Source: Neoechinorhynchus agilis (lineage: Eukaryota; Animalia; Acanthocephala). Taken from it: a DNA stretch of 64,000 nt. The stretch lies in the NCBI GenBank assembly GCA_051530055.1, contig CM121342.1, forward strand, positions 9,253,480 through 9,317,479, in the 5' to 3' direction. A program made the position numbers and the translations under genes. Of the stretch, positions 23,718 through 35,593 are shown in pieces (position 1 is the stretch's first letter; each line of letters opens with the position of its first letter). Under the pieces are notes generated by a model. The model was not told where the DNA came from. It did no database searches and saw only the letters and a program-made list of their open reading frames with translations.

Positions 23718-24014
23718 ATGCGCGATAGAGCAATACCAAAGCAACCAAACAATGAATGGCCCAGCGACTCCTCTGATGAGGAGGATTTCACTTTTAACGA
23801 GGATAATGAACCGGACAATACAACAGAACAAATGGAAGTAGCTAATCACATAGCTGTTATCGATGAAATCATTTCTGCAGTTATAAGTGGGACCCCTGAT
23901 GATGAATACGTTCCACCAGCTCTTGGAGAATTTTATCAACGAATTAGAAGTCTTTTCAATGAGCTACAAGAAGACAATAATTCAGAGGAAGACGAGGAGC
24001 AATGGCAACAGTAA
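23718..24014 (+). CDS. Orphan acidic protein, copy 3 (98 aa)
   Basis: Open ORF; upstream region 23395-23610 is homologous to 13730-13965 on the reverse strand. Confidence 0.5.
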   Translation: MRDRAIPKQPNNEWPSDSSDEEDFTFNEDNEPDNTTEQMEVANHIAVIDEIISAVISGTPDDEYVPPALGEFYQRIRSLFNELQEDNNSEEDEEQWQQ

Positions 24015-24059
24015 AATTTCCGCCAATTCTATAAATTCGCCACGATTTTTTACAGATAA

Positions 24060-26130
24060 TTTGTAAAACAAAATCGGTATTGTGTAGATATTCATTTAGG
24101 AATTAATTATGATGGTGAACTGAAGGAAAAAATTATGAATATATTAATCAGAATTTTCGACCAATGCGTTGGTCTTCTTTAGTGATCTGAAACACACATG
24201 CACATTAGTCTGGATTGAGTTTCCACCCTTTCACCACAGCTTTAAAGGGTACACGTAAATTAAGTGTGTAGTCCGCTTTGTTATGCGTGAACGTGTTGCC
24301 GTGTTCAATCATGATGGCCTCCATTGTGATTCTGTCACGTCTGTTGTCGCATCTCGCCATTATTTCAGTGGCATCAAGATCAATTCGATGTTTGTTTTCT
24401 TTAACATGATGATCTAATGCTGAGTTGAGATCGGTCAAAATGTTCGGTCAGCCTTCTTCGGATGTTATTGGTTTGTCCAATATATTATTGGTCACAATCG
24501 TTACAGGGTATCCTGTACACACACCCGGAGACCTCGTCAACCCTTCTGGGTAGGAACATGCCATCTAAGGTTCTCCCTTTTTTTGTTAAAAACCGTCACT
24601 TTTTTCTGTGAGTCCTGCTGCGTAATGAGATTTTGCATCTTCGTGTTCCACTGATCGTCTACATAAGGGATCTCAATGAATCTTTTTTGGACTGCCTCGA
24701 TATTCCGATTGTTCAATTTTATTTATTGAGTATTTCTCATCGTTTTTGCAATCAGATCTCGCAATCTCCAAATTGTGTCAAGCTCATTCTTAAGAACATC
24801 TTCATTCGAGCAATATCTGTATGCTCTCAAGAACACGGACCTCACTCTGGAGATTTTATATTTCGTCAGTTGTGCTGATATCCAAGGAACGACGTTATGT
24901 GGAACATTCTCTTTTCGATACACTGCAGTTGTGAAACCACCATCCAAATTTCTATTGATCATCACGTCGAGGAAGGGTAAACTCTTGTCGATCTCCTCTT
25001 CGCATGTCCATTTGATATGCTGGTTCATCCCGTTAAGCTCTATGTTCAACTCCGATGTAGTAGAGAGGTTGGTGTTGAGGATAATGAACGTGTCGTCGAC
25101 ATATCTAACCCATAGTTCAACTCCCTTCAATTTCGACAGATGCGTTTCCTCCCAGTACCTCATATAGAGTTCTGCTAATCAAGTCCATCTACTTGATCGA
25201 AATTCGTGCCTTCGAATTCGAAGTTTGAGAACTTAGTGCAGAAAAGCAGTAATTGACGCCACCCATTGTTAGACAGCTACGATTCTTTGCAATTCTTCAA
25301 CAGTGGAATGGCTAGTTCAATCACCTCTTCAACTGGAACCTTCGTGAACAACGATATGACATCCGCAGATACCATTTTGCAGGAGTCATTGATATTCACT
25401 TTTTTCAGTCGATCAATTAGAACCACCCCTGATGAAACAGAATGGATGGACGGGGGAAGGAATTGCTTCAGAAGACCGGCTAGAAACTTCGACAGTTTGT
25501 AGTTGTACGAAGAGTGAGCAGCTATGATCGGTCGTGCTCTTATGGGAGATTTGTGTACTTTCGCAAACATATACATTCTGGGTGTTTTTGCATTCGATGA
25601 TCGCAATCTCTTATAATGGTCTTCAGGAAGACATTTTTGTTGCATCAATTTCAAAAGAAATCCATTGAGTTCCTTTTCTCGTTTCATCGTAGGGCATCTA
25701 TCGAGTCTCTTAAATTCATCTCCTTGTAACACCTGCTCTCCGATTTGTATAAACTATTCCTCGTTAAGTACACAGTATCCATAGCCTTTATCCATTTTTA
25801 AAACCCTGAGCCCTTTAAGTGATTTGATCAATTTCAGTCCTTCAAGCATATTATCTGACATATTTGACTCTAGATTATGTCTTCTTTGAAGTCCATTTAT
25901 GTATTCTCTTTCAAACTTCCATACTGGTAGGTTATCCATCGTAACAGAAAGATCGTAAACCATCTCCTCCATCTTCATCCATGAAGATGGAGGATACGGA
26001 AAAGAAAACGTACTTGTGCAATGGGTTTCTTATGACCGTAGAAGGCATCCAGAATTTTTATAATGCCTTCGAATGTCACCGTGTCCAGCTCCGCTGATTT
26101 TCAAACGATAGACATCATCTCAGGACTCAT
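24060..26130 (-). mobile_element. Penelope-like element, near full-length but frameshifted, with 3' pLTR hammerhead (24146-24187, core mutated to CUAAAGA)
   Basis: KMDKGYG, PRMYMFAKVHK, MVSADVISLFTKVP, RYVDDTF, PFLDV and a GIY-YIG tail (TMEAIMIE). Confidence 0.9.
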
Positions 26131-26449
26131 TCATGCAATGAAAAACGACCGTTTCCTTGCATCCGATGATACATTATACGCCTCAAAATGGCATTTCAAT
26201 TGAGCTTTGTACGCTCCCCATGTTTGCGCCTATCTATCGTAGGCCCGGAAAACTGGAACTGTCCTTTCACTTTCGCTTCCAGCACCATCCTTTGGTTTCT
26301 GATTCATCGAGATCTTGTTCGCAGAGCCAGTTGTTGTCTTAAATTATTCCCTCGTAAACTAACACACCACACTATGTTTGCACCCGTAGATCCAAATACC
26401 CTACGTCACAGATAGAATCTAGAGGAAAGTTGTTCGGAAATTTTTTTCG

Positions 26450-26876
26450 GTTGCTGAAAACGGAACCCGCCCACCTCTCTAGACTAGACGGCCGTAGGCC
26501 CGATGGAATTTCGGTCTTCCCGTGGCGGGAGGGCAAATGCCTTCTCCGGGACGCCACGTGTGTGGACACCCTCGCAGCCAGCAACATCCCCTACTCCCTC
26601 GAAATCGCCGGTGGTGCCGCCAATGCAGCGGAAGGGAGGAAAATACGGAAATATAGGGATTTAGTAAGGGCTCACTATTTTGTCCCCTTTGGAGTAGAGA
26701 CCTATGGAGCGCTTTCTCAGCTCGGCACTCACTCTGCTCCAAGATCTCTCGAAGAAATTGAGGGAAACGACCGGCGACGCACGAGCAGGTGTATTCCTGC
26801 GACAAAATATCTCGCAGTACAACGAGGCAATTCGGCTAGCGTGATAGCGACAGCTGAGGAAGGAGAGAAGCTCTAA
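26450..26876 (+). mobile_element. CRE-like element 3' end with restriction-like endonuclease domain
   Basis: RPDG..FPWREGKCLLRDATCVDTLAAS...KIRKY..FVPFGVETYG...VQRGNSASV; AATAAA and a tandem duplication at about 26950-26990. Confidence 0.85.
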
Positions 26877-28730
26877 TTTTGCGGACGGTGGCGATTGCAC
26901 GTTTTGTACTTTATTATGTTATGATTTTTAAACTCGGAAAATAAAGTTTAAATTAGAAATAATTAACCATTTAGAAATAATTAACCATTAGCTTCTTTTT
27001 CGTGCTTTGTATTCATCCACTGACCTTTGTGGTATTTCAGTTGATTTTAAAATCGTGAATAAACATTGTCAGTTAGCTGCAGGGGCATTCTCCGAGCCAC
27101 TCGCAAATGCAAGCGATCCAACTTTAGTGAATTTTTCGACGGAACTGAATTGGCTGTTTATATTTTGATTTTGCCATCAAATAACGACTTCAATTTGTTA
27201 GAATTGTTATATAGTGAGCGATCGTGTCACGCACTGCGCGTCCGATCGATAATGACCAAACGATGTTTGGGGGTGTGTGCGTTTGTTTTTGGTTTTTGCA
27301 GTTGGTCAGGTTTTGAAAAAACGTTAATAAAACTTATCATGAAGAGTGAAGATACTTCAAGAGTGTGTCGCGAATCGGACAAAGACAAGTCAAATCCTTT
27401 TTTCTAATTTGCTTCTTTTGCCCGTAGTAATTTAAATTTGAGTATCGCTCAAAATCCTTCTGACGACGTTTTGCGCATGCGGGAGGCTTATTATTCGCAA
27501 TTTTCTTCTGTTTGATTCTCTGAAGGACGGATCGAGCTGCAAAGATTGCGATGCAAGGTCTAAAAAAATGAATTTCCTCGGTCCGTTTCAAATTGCATCT
27601 TTTTGACCTACGTGAGACCGTTATTTAACTATTATCAGTCTAATTTCTTCAACGATCATCATCTATTAAATATGTACCTTCCAAAAGTACTCGTGTTTTA
27701 GCTTTTCAGTACTTTGCTTTTTACCAGACGAATCTCTCTAAGCGTTTTGAACGTCAAGATTGAACTTCGAATACATTTAAAAAATTGAAAGCATTAATTT
27801 TTATTTTTAAGTTTTAATTCGTTGCCTTTGAATGAATTTAATTTTTATCTTGAAGATTTGAAAGGTCCTTTGTTATTACAAATTGTGACTAAATAACATC
27901 TTCAAATAAAGGAACCAAATGATCGTATAACTAATAAGAAACCAAAGGTTCTCAGCGACGAATAAAATTGAAAAGGTCATAATATTCCTTTGTCAACCAG
28001 TCTTTATTTTGCCGGATTCAATCATTTTGCAGGATTATCGTTATGACTTTATTAAGGCATCCAGTTGTCATTCGAACAGTACGAAAATGTTTCAATTTTG
28101 CCGCATTTTTACAAGGTCGCAATCGATATTCGATTGCAAATGATGAGAGCTTTTGAGAGCGTAATGTTTTATACGTTTACTCCATTGCGCTTATGTTCTT
28201 ATGTTTATATTGGACGTTCGCTTAAATTAAATGTCGATGGTTTTGAAAACTAAGTTGGAATCTTCTATGAATGATAAAAAATCACTTGGAGAAAATCCTT
28301 CGATGTGATAGAGTTTGAATTGTGGGGATGATAATTCGGGATAAAACATGTTTTTTAAATATATCGCCAGGAAGTCTCGCTTCATGAGCCATCTAAAAAT
28401 TTTAGTTGTTTTGTATGTCCCGGGTACGCAAGATCGTCCGATGGAGTTTTTCATTGATTTTTAACACGTCGCTGACCGGTGATTTCAAGCTAAGGTTTTG
28501 TTTCCTTCCATGGTGTGCAGAAAACGTGCAATAGAAATCTGCGCGATGTTGTAGTTTCCTGGTTATTGGATATTGCAGAAGAGTGCCGAAATCTGCCTCG
28601 GACTTGCTTGCATTATGTCTTACAAAAACAAGCCTCACGCTCTAGACTCATATAAAAAGATGCTTTGTACTCATTCAATCGGCGTCCTACATTAGTGATA
28701 CAAATAATTGTTAACAATCGCTTTTTGGAT

Positions 28731-31034
28731 TCACAAGTGCCGGTTAATTACGAAATCACATACGTTATGGAGAAATTTAGTTTCATCACTGCGTTCGAGA
28801 TCTCCAAACGCAAAGTTAAGACATTCAACAGCTTGTTCACTATAAGCCCGGCACAGATCCTTTGTTTTCGAGACAGCTTTTGTCTACAGGAGTTCCATTA
28901 AGAACGATTTTCTATTGATAGCAAATACCTTTGATAGAGTTTCCCTGACAATATCAAAGACATCTTCTCCGTTAGAAAGGAAATAATCGGTCATTTTAGG
29001 ACATTCCTTAAGTGCCAACAATGTTGGAGCTGTCCAAAGTTTTTGCTTCAAATCTGCTCCTACTCGTTTACCGAAAACGTCACTTTTTCCGTCATAGTCC
29101 AGTAAGTCATCCGCCAACTGTAATGGCCTGAATAACTATGAATTTATAAACGTTCTTACCTGAAAAGCAATTCCAATATTTCGTCCAAAACCATATACCG
29201 CATTGATCATCGAAGATGATGAATCGGCCAATATGGCACACTAAATACCTCTTATCTGAGAAAAATTGGATTTAAAGATCTTTAATTAACATACGGCCAT
29301 ACAGCTATTAGCAAATAGACTGCCGGTTTTTAAATATATGCGTTGGAAGTATTTTTGAACACGTTCACCTACGGATAATCGTTTCGACCCAGCATCTCCT
29401 GTGTCCTCAATTTGAAGAAACTCTCCATCAACGAGATCCTCGAGTACCTGCGACAAAAGCTCAACGACTCGACTGTTATTGAGACGAGCAAGCGCGTTGG
29501 ACGCTTTCGCCAAAATGAAATCGCCTACTAAAACTGCCTTTAATTTAAACAGTTTGAGGAGATATTGATTACTGAAGATATTACCTGTCGATTGCCGCAT
29601 TGAGCGCTCAATGTCTCTCGATTTCGTCTCACATAACTCCTGTCAACTGCTCATGAAGATCACGGAGTCATGAAAGTTGTTTGATATTTTTTAATTTTTG
29701 TAATATAGTTAGAAATGCGTTACAAGAATTCTATACAAACTCACTGAAATTATCATGTGGAAAAGGCAGTGTGGCAATTCTTTATTTACTGTTGTTGTCC
29801 AAAGGCGAGAATGGTTCTCACAAAAAATTAAAAAGTGTTTCTCGCTATAATATTCACTATTTAGCATATCTAAACAATATTCTGTTCAATTAATTTTTAC
29901 TAATGAAATGTCCAAGTTCAAAATGTGTTTTTCATGTTTATTAAAAGTTTATCCAGCTAAATATGGATTTTCTTCATATTCGTACCGCTCACTCGAATAT
30001 ACCTTTGATTCGTTTCTACTGAAATTTTGAAGGAGGCATTAAGTATATAAGTGCAAATGGCAAATTTCCTATCAATTTAAAGATGAGAATTTAAAAAATA
30101 GTCAAAGAATTCAATGTATATCCTTGCCATATCTTAAAATCGGTCTTTTTAAACCATTGGCCGACTGCTAGTGGAACAATAATTAAAATCCACCCAAAAA
30201 ATATGAAAAATTACTACAAATATAGAAATTGGTTCATAGACTGCCGAACGAACTTTACGTTTAAGAATTTGACGAAATTCAAAAATGGAAAGACTTGAGT
30301 AATAAAGCACATCTAAAATTCTTAGATTCAGTAAACATTCTAGTTGACATCTAACTTGTTCATGAAATAAAAAATATTGAAATAATTCTATAGACTACTT
30401 TCTGGATCCAAATTTAATGGGTTTATTAAATCTTATAATGCAAGACTTAACGGATGTTTGATCAACTTGGCGGTTTAGAAAAATATCAGAACTAGCTATA
30501 AAACAAAATCTGGAATTGCTAATTCTTTCAATTAGAGACATGCAGATTATCGATTCTTAGAGATTAGAATTCTCACTTTCAAAGAAACCCAAATAAATGA
30601 AAGTTCTGTGATCCAAATGTCCTCTACATCATCGTGAATGAGACTGGCGGTATGAATCATTTCCGTGATTTCACCAATTTTGAATAGCTTCCTTAGAAGT
30701 CTATGAAAATCGTGATGAATAAATCTCCAAGTATTGATCAAACCGGCTATCGGATCGTTGTTCCCTTGACCACAATAAAGCTCTTGCTATTGAACAGACT
30801 ATAGCGGGGCGGATCATCTTCCCGGGTGAATTGGAATAATAAGAGGCCCATTTATTGAGCTCAGGTTGCCGGGACCTCAATTCCTTCTCAGGTAAAAAGA
30901 AAATACGTCCAAGACACCCAACAAACCTCCTGTATTCCAATATTGATCAGTTTAAGGTCAGACATAACGTAAACGGGATATGGCAACTGATGATTTATAC
31001 TTTGACCCACTCTATCGATCAGCCTTCGATACAT
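28731..31034 (-). CDS. PDSS1: Polyprenyl (decaprenyl) diphosphate synthase subunit 1-like, paralog A, multi-exon
   Basis: Exon 1 at 30927-31034 (MYRRLIDR...). Then GKMIRP, EMIHTASLIHDD, SYVRRNRE, AVLVGDFIL, YLKTGSLFANSC, GIAFQ|LADDLLD. Last exon 28731-28883 ends VINRHL*. Introns are GT-AG except the junction inside HDD. Confidence 0.85.
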
Positions 31035-31315
31035 TTTGGAACAACTTTATTGATTAGATCTTTGGGCGACCCTTTTTCTCGAGTGATCGAGAAGAAAGTC
31101 TGATGAGTTGATGTTGACGCCTCCGATCGACATCTTTAATGAAAAAGATTTTATTTTAACGACATTATGGACCGTTGGACTTGTGAGACTCGCAGGTCAA
31201 AAGAATTTTGCCAATCGATTTTAAAGGTCGAGGAATATTTGAGTTACTTTGCGCTTGAAATAAGAAATAAATACGATCTTCCTTAATGCACCGTGATTAA
31301 ATCGTTTTTCATTTA

Positions 31316-33230
31316 TTTTTCATGAATCTCGTCGATCGAATGATACAAGAAAAATTGAATTTTTTCATTATCACGGGATTATAAAAAATAATTTCTTTTA
31401 ATCGACGGGCGATTTATAAAAATCAATCGAACTAAAATAAACGATAAAAAGTGAAAATAATATCAATTTTTGTAGCTAACACAAATCGCAATTTAACGAA
31501 ACTAAATTATTGGGAGAACAAAAGACATTCACTTATTTTTCATGAAAATCTCGTCAATCGAATGATACAAGAAAAATTGAATTTTTTCATTACCACAATA
31601 TTATAAAAATAATCTCTTTTAATCGACGGGCGATTTAAAAGATCAACCGAAGCAATCGGCATGTCAACGATTCCACCGCCGTGCCCTCGCTCAACTCGGG
31701 ACTTAACCATCTCACCAAACCACGATTCGCCGCATGTCGCACCGCCCACGCTCGACGCAGGCGCCTTCAACGCGCCATCTGCTGACGCACGCGGATCACG
31801 AGAGGACCGACGCTGCAAATTCACAAAATCAACTTTGGTCCGAACAACCTGTAGAGAGCAAGCGGCAAACGGAAATTTTAAAGTGTTCTGGGAGATGAGG
31901 TCAATGTTGCCCGAGATCCGAAGGTCTCACTCACGGCCCAAGGGATTCCCGATGTGTTGGTTCCGGCCTTCTGCTAGCAAACTTTGCTCCTCAGCTCAAT
32001 GAACCTCTTCAGAGCATCCAAAACATCGTCCATTGCACACCTTCGTTGCTGGAGATCGTGCGCTGCCCAGAAACATCCTGAAGCGGATCCCGTAGGGCGC
32101 TCGATTTCAGGGAGCGAAAGGTATTCAGTCCTGCTGAGCGACTGTCTCAAGACAAATACCGAAATATCTTGGAAATCTGACGTGTCCCTTGTTACCCTCA
32201 TCAAAAACCGGGTGTCCTCCTTCGACAACTCGTTTGGAGAGGTCCTACGCAAAGCGCACGTTTTTAAGGGAGATTTTTCAATGCCACCGAATTCGAGCCG
32301 AGTTTCAACCTGTTCAATGACCTAGAGAGTGTCTTCTAAACTCGCCGATGGTGATGGAGAGGCGCGGTTCGCATTATATCATCCACCAACGAATTCGCAA
32401 GAGATGATACGAAAACTCTCCAACTTCTCAGAGAGAAACATCCTCGACCCATTGGTCATCTAGAATATTCGGAGATTATCCCCTCGTGCACCCCGTTAGA
32501 ATTTTCGGTTGATGCTGTTAAGACAGCCGTTTCATTGTTCGCAAATGGGTCAGCACATTGGCTCGACGGACTTCGGCATCAGCACTTAAAGGACATAATG
32601 TCCTTCTCCGTAGGTGATCCATCCCACGTTCTCTTGAACGCCTTGACTCGGTTAGTCGGCGTTTTCTCTGGAGACAACCTGTCCCCGAAAGCGATCGAAT
32701 TGCTTTTGGGCGCTTCCTTCTGCGCTTTAGAAAAGAAGGACAGTGGGATTAGTCCCATCGCGATTGGCTCTACATTGAGACAGCTAGCAGGGAAAGTGAT
32801 TTCTAGGCGAGTCTCAAAAGGTGTTGCTGAAATTCTTCGTCCACTTCAACTAGCACATGCCTCCAATATTTTGGAACCTGCCAACCTCTGTAGGGACGAA
32901 AGGCGTAGACCTGGTGGGGTGACCGCATTTCCGTGGCGGGAGGGTAACTGCCTGAAACTTAAAATCAATAAATAAACGATAAAAAAATGTGAAAATAATA
33001 TCAACTTTTGTATCTAACACAAATCATAATTTAACGAAACTAAATTATTGGGAGAATAAAAGACATTCACTTATTTTTCATGAAAATCTCGTCAATCGAA
33101 TGATACAAGAAAAATTGAATTTTTTCATTATCACAGGATTATAAAAATAATCTCTTTTAATCGACGGGCGATTTAAAAAATCAACCGAACTAAAATAAAC
33201 GATAAAGAAAAAGTGAAAATAATATCACCT
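31316..33230. repeat. AT-rich tandem repeat of about 220 bp (about 3 units), split by a CRE-like insertion
   Basis: TTTTTCATGAA...CGAATGATACAAGAAAAATTGAATTTTTTC recurs at about 31316, 31536 and 33075. Confidence 0.85.
31651..32955 (+). mobile_element. CRE-like element with internal deletion of the RT core
   Basis: LKRIP*GAR motif; GISPIAIGSTLRQLAGK..LRPLQLA joined directly to SNILEPANLCRDERRRPGGVTAFPWREG. Confidence 0.8.
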
Positions 33231-34023
33231 TTAGCGGTCATCCTCCAACCACAAAAAGTAGATTTTGTCAAACAAATCAATCCCTTTTGTTTACTGACGG
33301 ATTATTTAGGTCAAAAATTCTTGACACGATAAAAATTTATTGATTTAATCGGCAATGTATTTTATTGTCATTTTGCTCATATCAAGAGAAAGAGTAAATA
33401 AAAATCGACGTCAGCGTTGTTGATCACTCAGCTGCCGTCTAATTGATTAGTCCAAGAATCCGCAGCATATCAATCGCAGAGGGTCTTCTTAACTTTAAAG
33501 TGAATTTTTCTTGGCGAACCGGAGTAAACGAGTATTAATATATTAAATATGCTAGGGGCGATTTTTCGGGGAGTAGCGATAGGAAATAAATTTTAGCATG
33601 CGACAGTTACCGAAATGAAAAATCGCTTTATTTTCAGGACATTTTACGAATTTTGACTTATAGTTAGAAAACAGACTGATTTGAACTAAAAAAAGGTTTT
33701 GTACCAATTATAGTTGGGTAAGTAAAAAATAAATGCATAATTCGTTTCGGAACGCTCACATTCAATGTTTCTTCGTACTGTTTACATTTACGAAAATAAT
33801 CTATTTGTGAATTTATCGTCGAGAAAGGAAATCATTGAAACTTGTTATATACTTGCTTTCAATCTGCCGATTTTTCTCCGCAAAGTGGAACGTTTTGATT
33901 TGAGTGGTTAGCCATCCGTTGCGCTTTATCAGGAAGCCTTACTCACCTGTTTCATTTTGTTTTGTTGTCACGACGTATAAAAGGTAGATGAGTTTTCGAA
34001 GTTCATTCGATCTGAACTTTTGA

Positions 34024-35593
34024 ATGTCTAGGAGCATTTATGCCAAAATTGGAAAAGTTGTCGGCTTCCGATTTTCCTACCCCGCCTACCTCAAATCTGA
34101 CCTTAAGATCGTAAATAATGGCATAATCGAGGTTAGATTAAAATGTTTGTTTACTGCATGCACAAAATGTAGGAATTGAAATCAAGACAGCCTGTGCTGG
34201 ACAAATTAGCGCATTATTACTCTGATTCGCCGGGTAAAATGATCCGTCCTGCTATTATTTGCTCGATGGCAAGGGCTATAACTAATCGGAAACAAGGTCT
34301 TGACAACGAAGGGTTAGCCTAACTGTTCAGTTTACTTAACTTTCGCATAGTACCTCCAAATTACTAAGACGCCAGTTCAAAGTTGCTGAAATCGTTGAAT
34401 TGATCCACACTGCTAGTCTTATCCATGACGATGTAGACAATGTAGAGATTATTTCTGGAGAATGGGAGTTTGATAATGCCGATTAGAAATATTATTTATA
34501 GCACTTTTAGCTGTTCTCTGCGATAACAGTCTCTTTAAAAAATGTTGAGGCTTCTTTGAGGAAACACTGCTTTTTAGCGAAACAAAATAGCCCCTTACGT
34601 AAATCCAATCTTTATTCTTATTTTTCTAATTTGATGAAAAATCTCTATAAATAGTGGATAAAAGTTTGATGCGAAGAAATAGGGAAACCCTTGGTACTAA
34701 AGCTGGAAACCGTATTGTACGTTAACCTGATTTTAGCTGTCTTATGTTCTGATCACTTATTTGGTAGGCAGTTCTCGTTGGTGACTATATTCTTGCGACA
34801 TCATGCGGCATTCTCGGTCGGCTAAAAGACGGAGATGTTATAGAACTCATGTCTCGGGTCATCGAGGATCTCGTAACTGGAGAATTTGTACAAATGGAGA
34901 ATATGGGTACTGAAAAGCTGAATGAGTTAACCGTGGGCGAATGGATTCATAAGTATTTTCAAAGGATTTATTTAAAGACCGGCAGTCTTTTCGCCAACTC
35001 ATGCAAGTCCGTAAGTATATTTCTGAACGAGAAATTCATTTAAATGATACATAAGATAACGAAACCGTTTTTAGTGTGCCATACTTGCAGAATCGCCGAT
35101 ACCAATGATCGATGCTTTATACGGATTCGGAAGGAATGTTGGAATCGCGTTTCAGGTCAATCTTAAAGATAGAGTTTTGCAATCATTTATCGGAACCATT
35201 GCAGTTGGCAGACGATATCCTCGACTATGAAGGAAAAAGTGCTGTTTTTGGTAAAAATGTAGGCGCCGATCTTAAACAGAAAGTTTGGACGGCACCGACA
35301 CTCATCGCATTGTCACAAAACCCCGAACTGAAAAGTCTATTCGAATCAAATGATGAAGATGCATTTGACCGTGTACGAAATGTTTTACTCGAGGTAATCT
35401 TCCATCTACATCTCATAGATTTCAAACACTATTTCATTAGACTAATTCCATATCGAAAACAAAATATTTATGTAAGATTTATATTGAACAAGCGGTCGAA
35501 TGTCTCAGGTTTGCATTCGGGGACATCGAAAGCAGTGATGAAACTAAATTCCTTTATAATGTATGTGATTTCGTTATTAACCGGCACTTGTAA
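34024..35593 (+). CDS. PDSS1: Polyprenyl diphosphate synthase subunit 1-like, paralog B, multi-exon
   Basis: Exon 1 at 34024-34131 (MSRSIYAK...). Introns include 34132-34172, 34313-34350, 35011-35074, 35156-35204 and 35394-35440. Motifs IHTASLIHDD, AVLVGD and QLADDILD; ends VINRHL*. Confidence 0.85.

Noticed and set aside
28402-28638. Histidine phosphatase (RLVFVRH start)
   Set aside because: RHN instead of RHG, a GTG start, and no downstream family motifs.
31316-31650. Spliced-leader RNA gene array as the CRE target
   Set aside because: No convincing leader/GT donor plus Sm-site arrangement; only a weak AATTTTTG match in AT-rich DNA.
31651-31720. HDV-like ribozyme at the CRE 5' end (CCCUCGC)
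   Set aside because: I could not build P1, P2 and P3 pairings.
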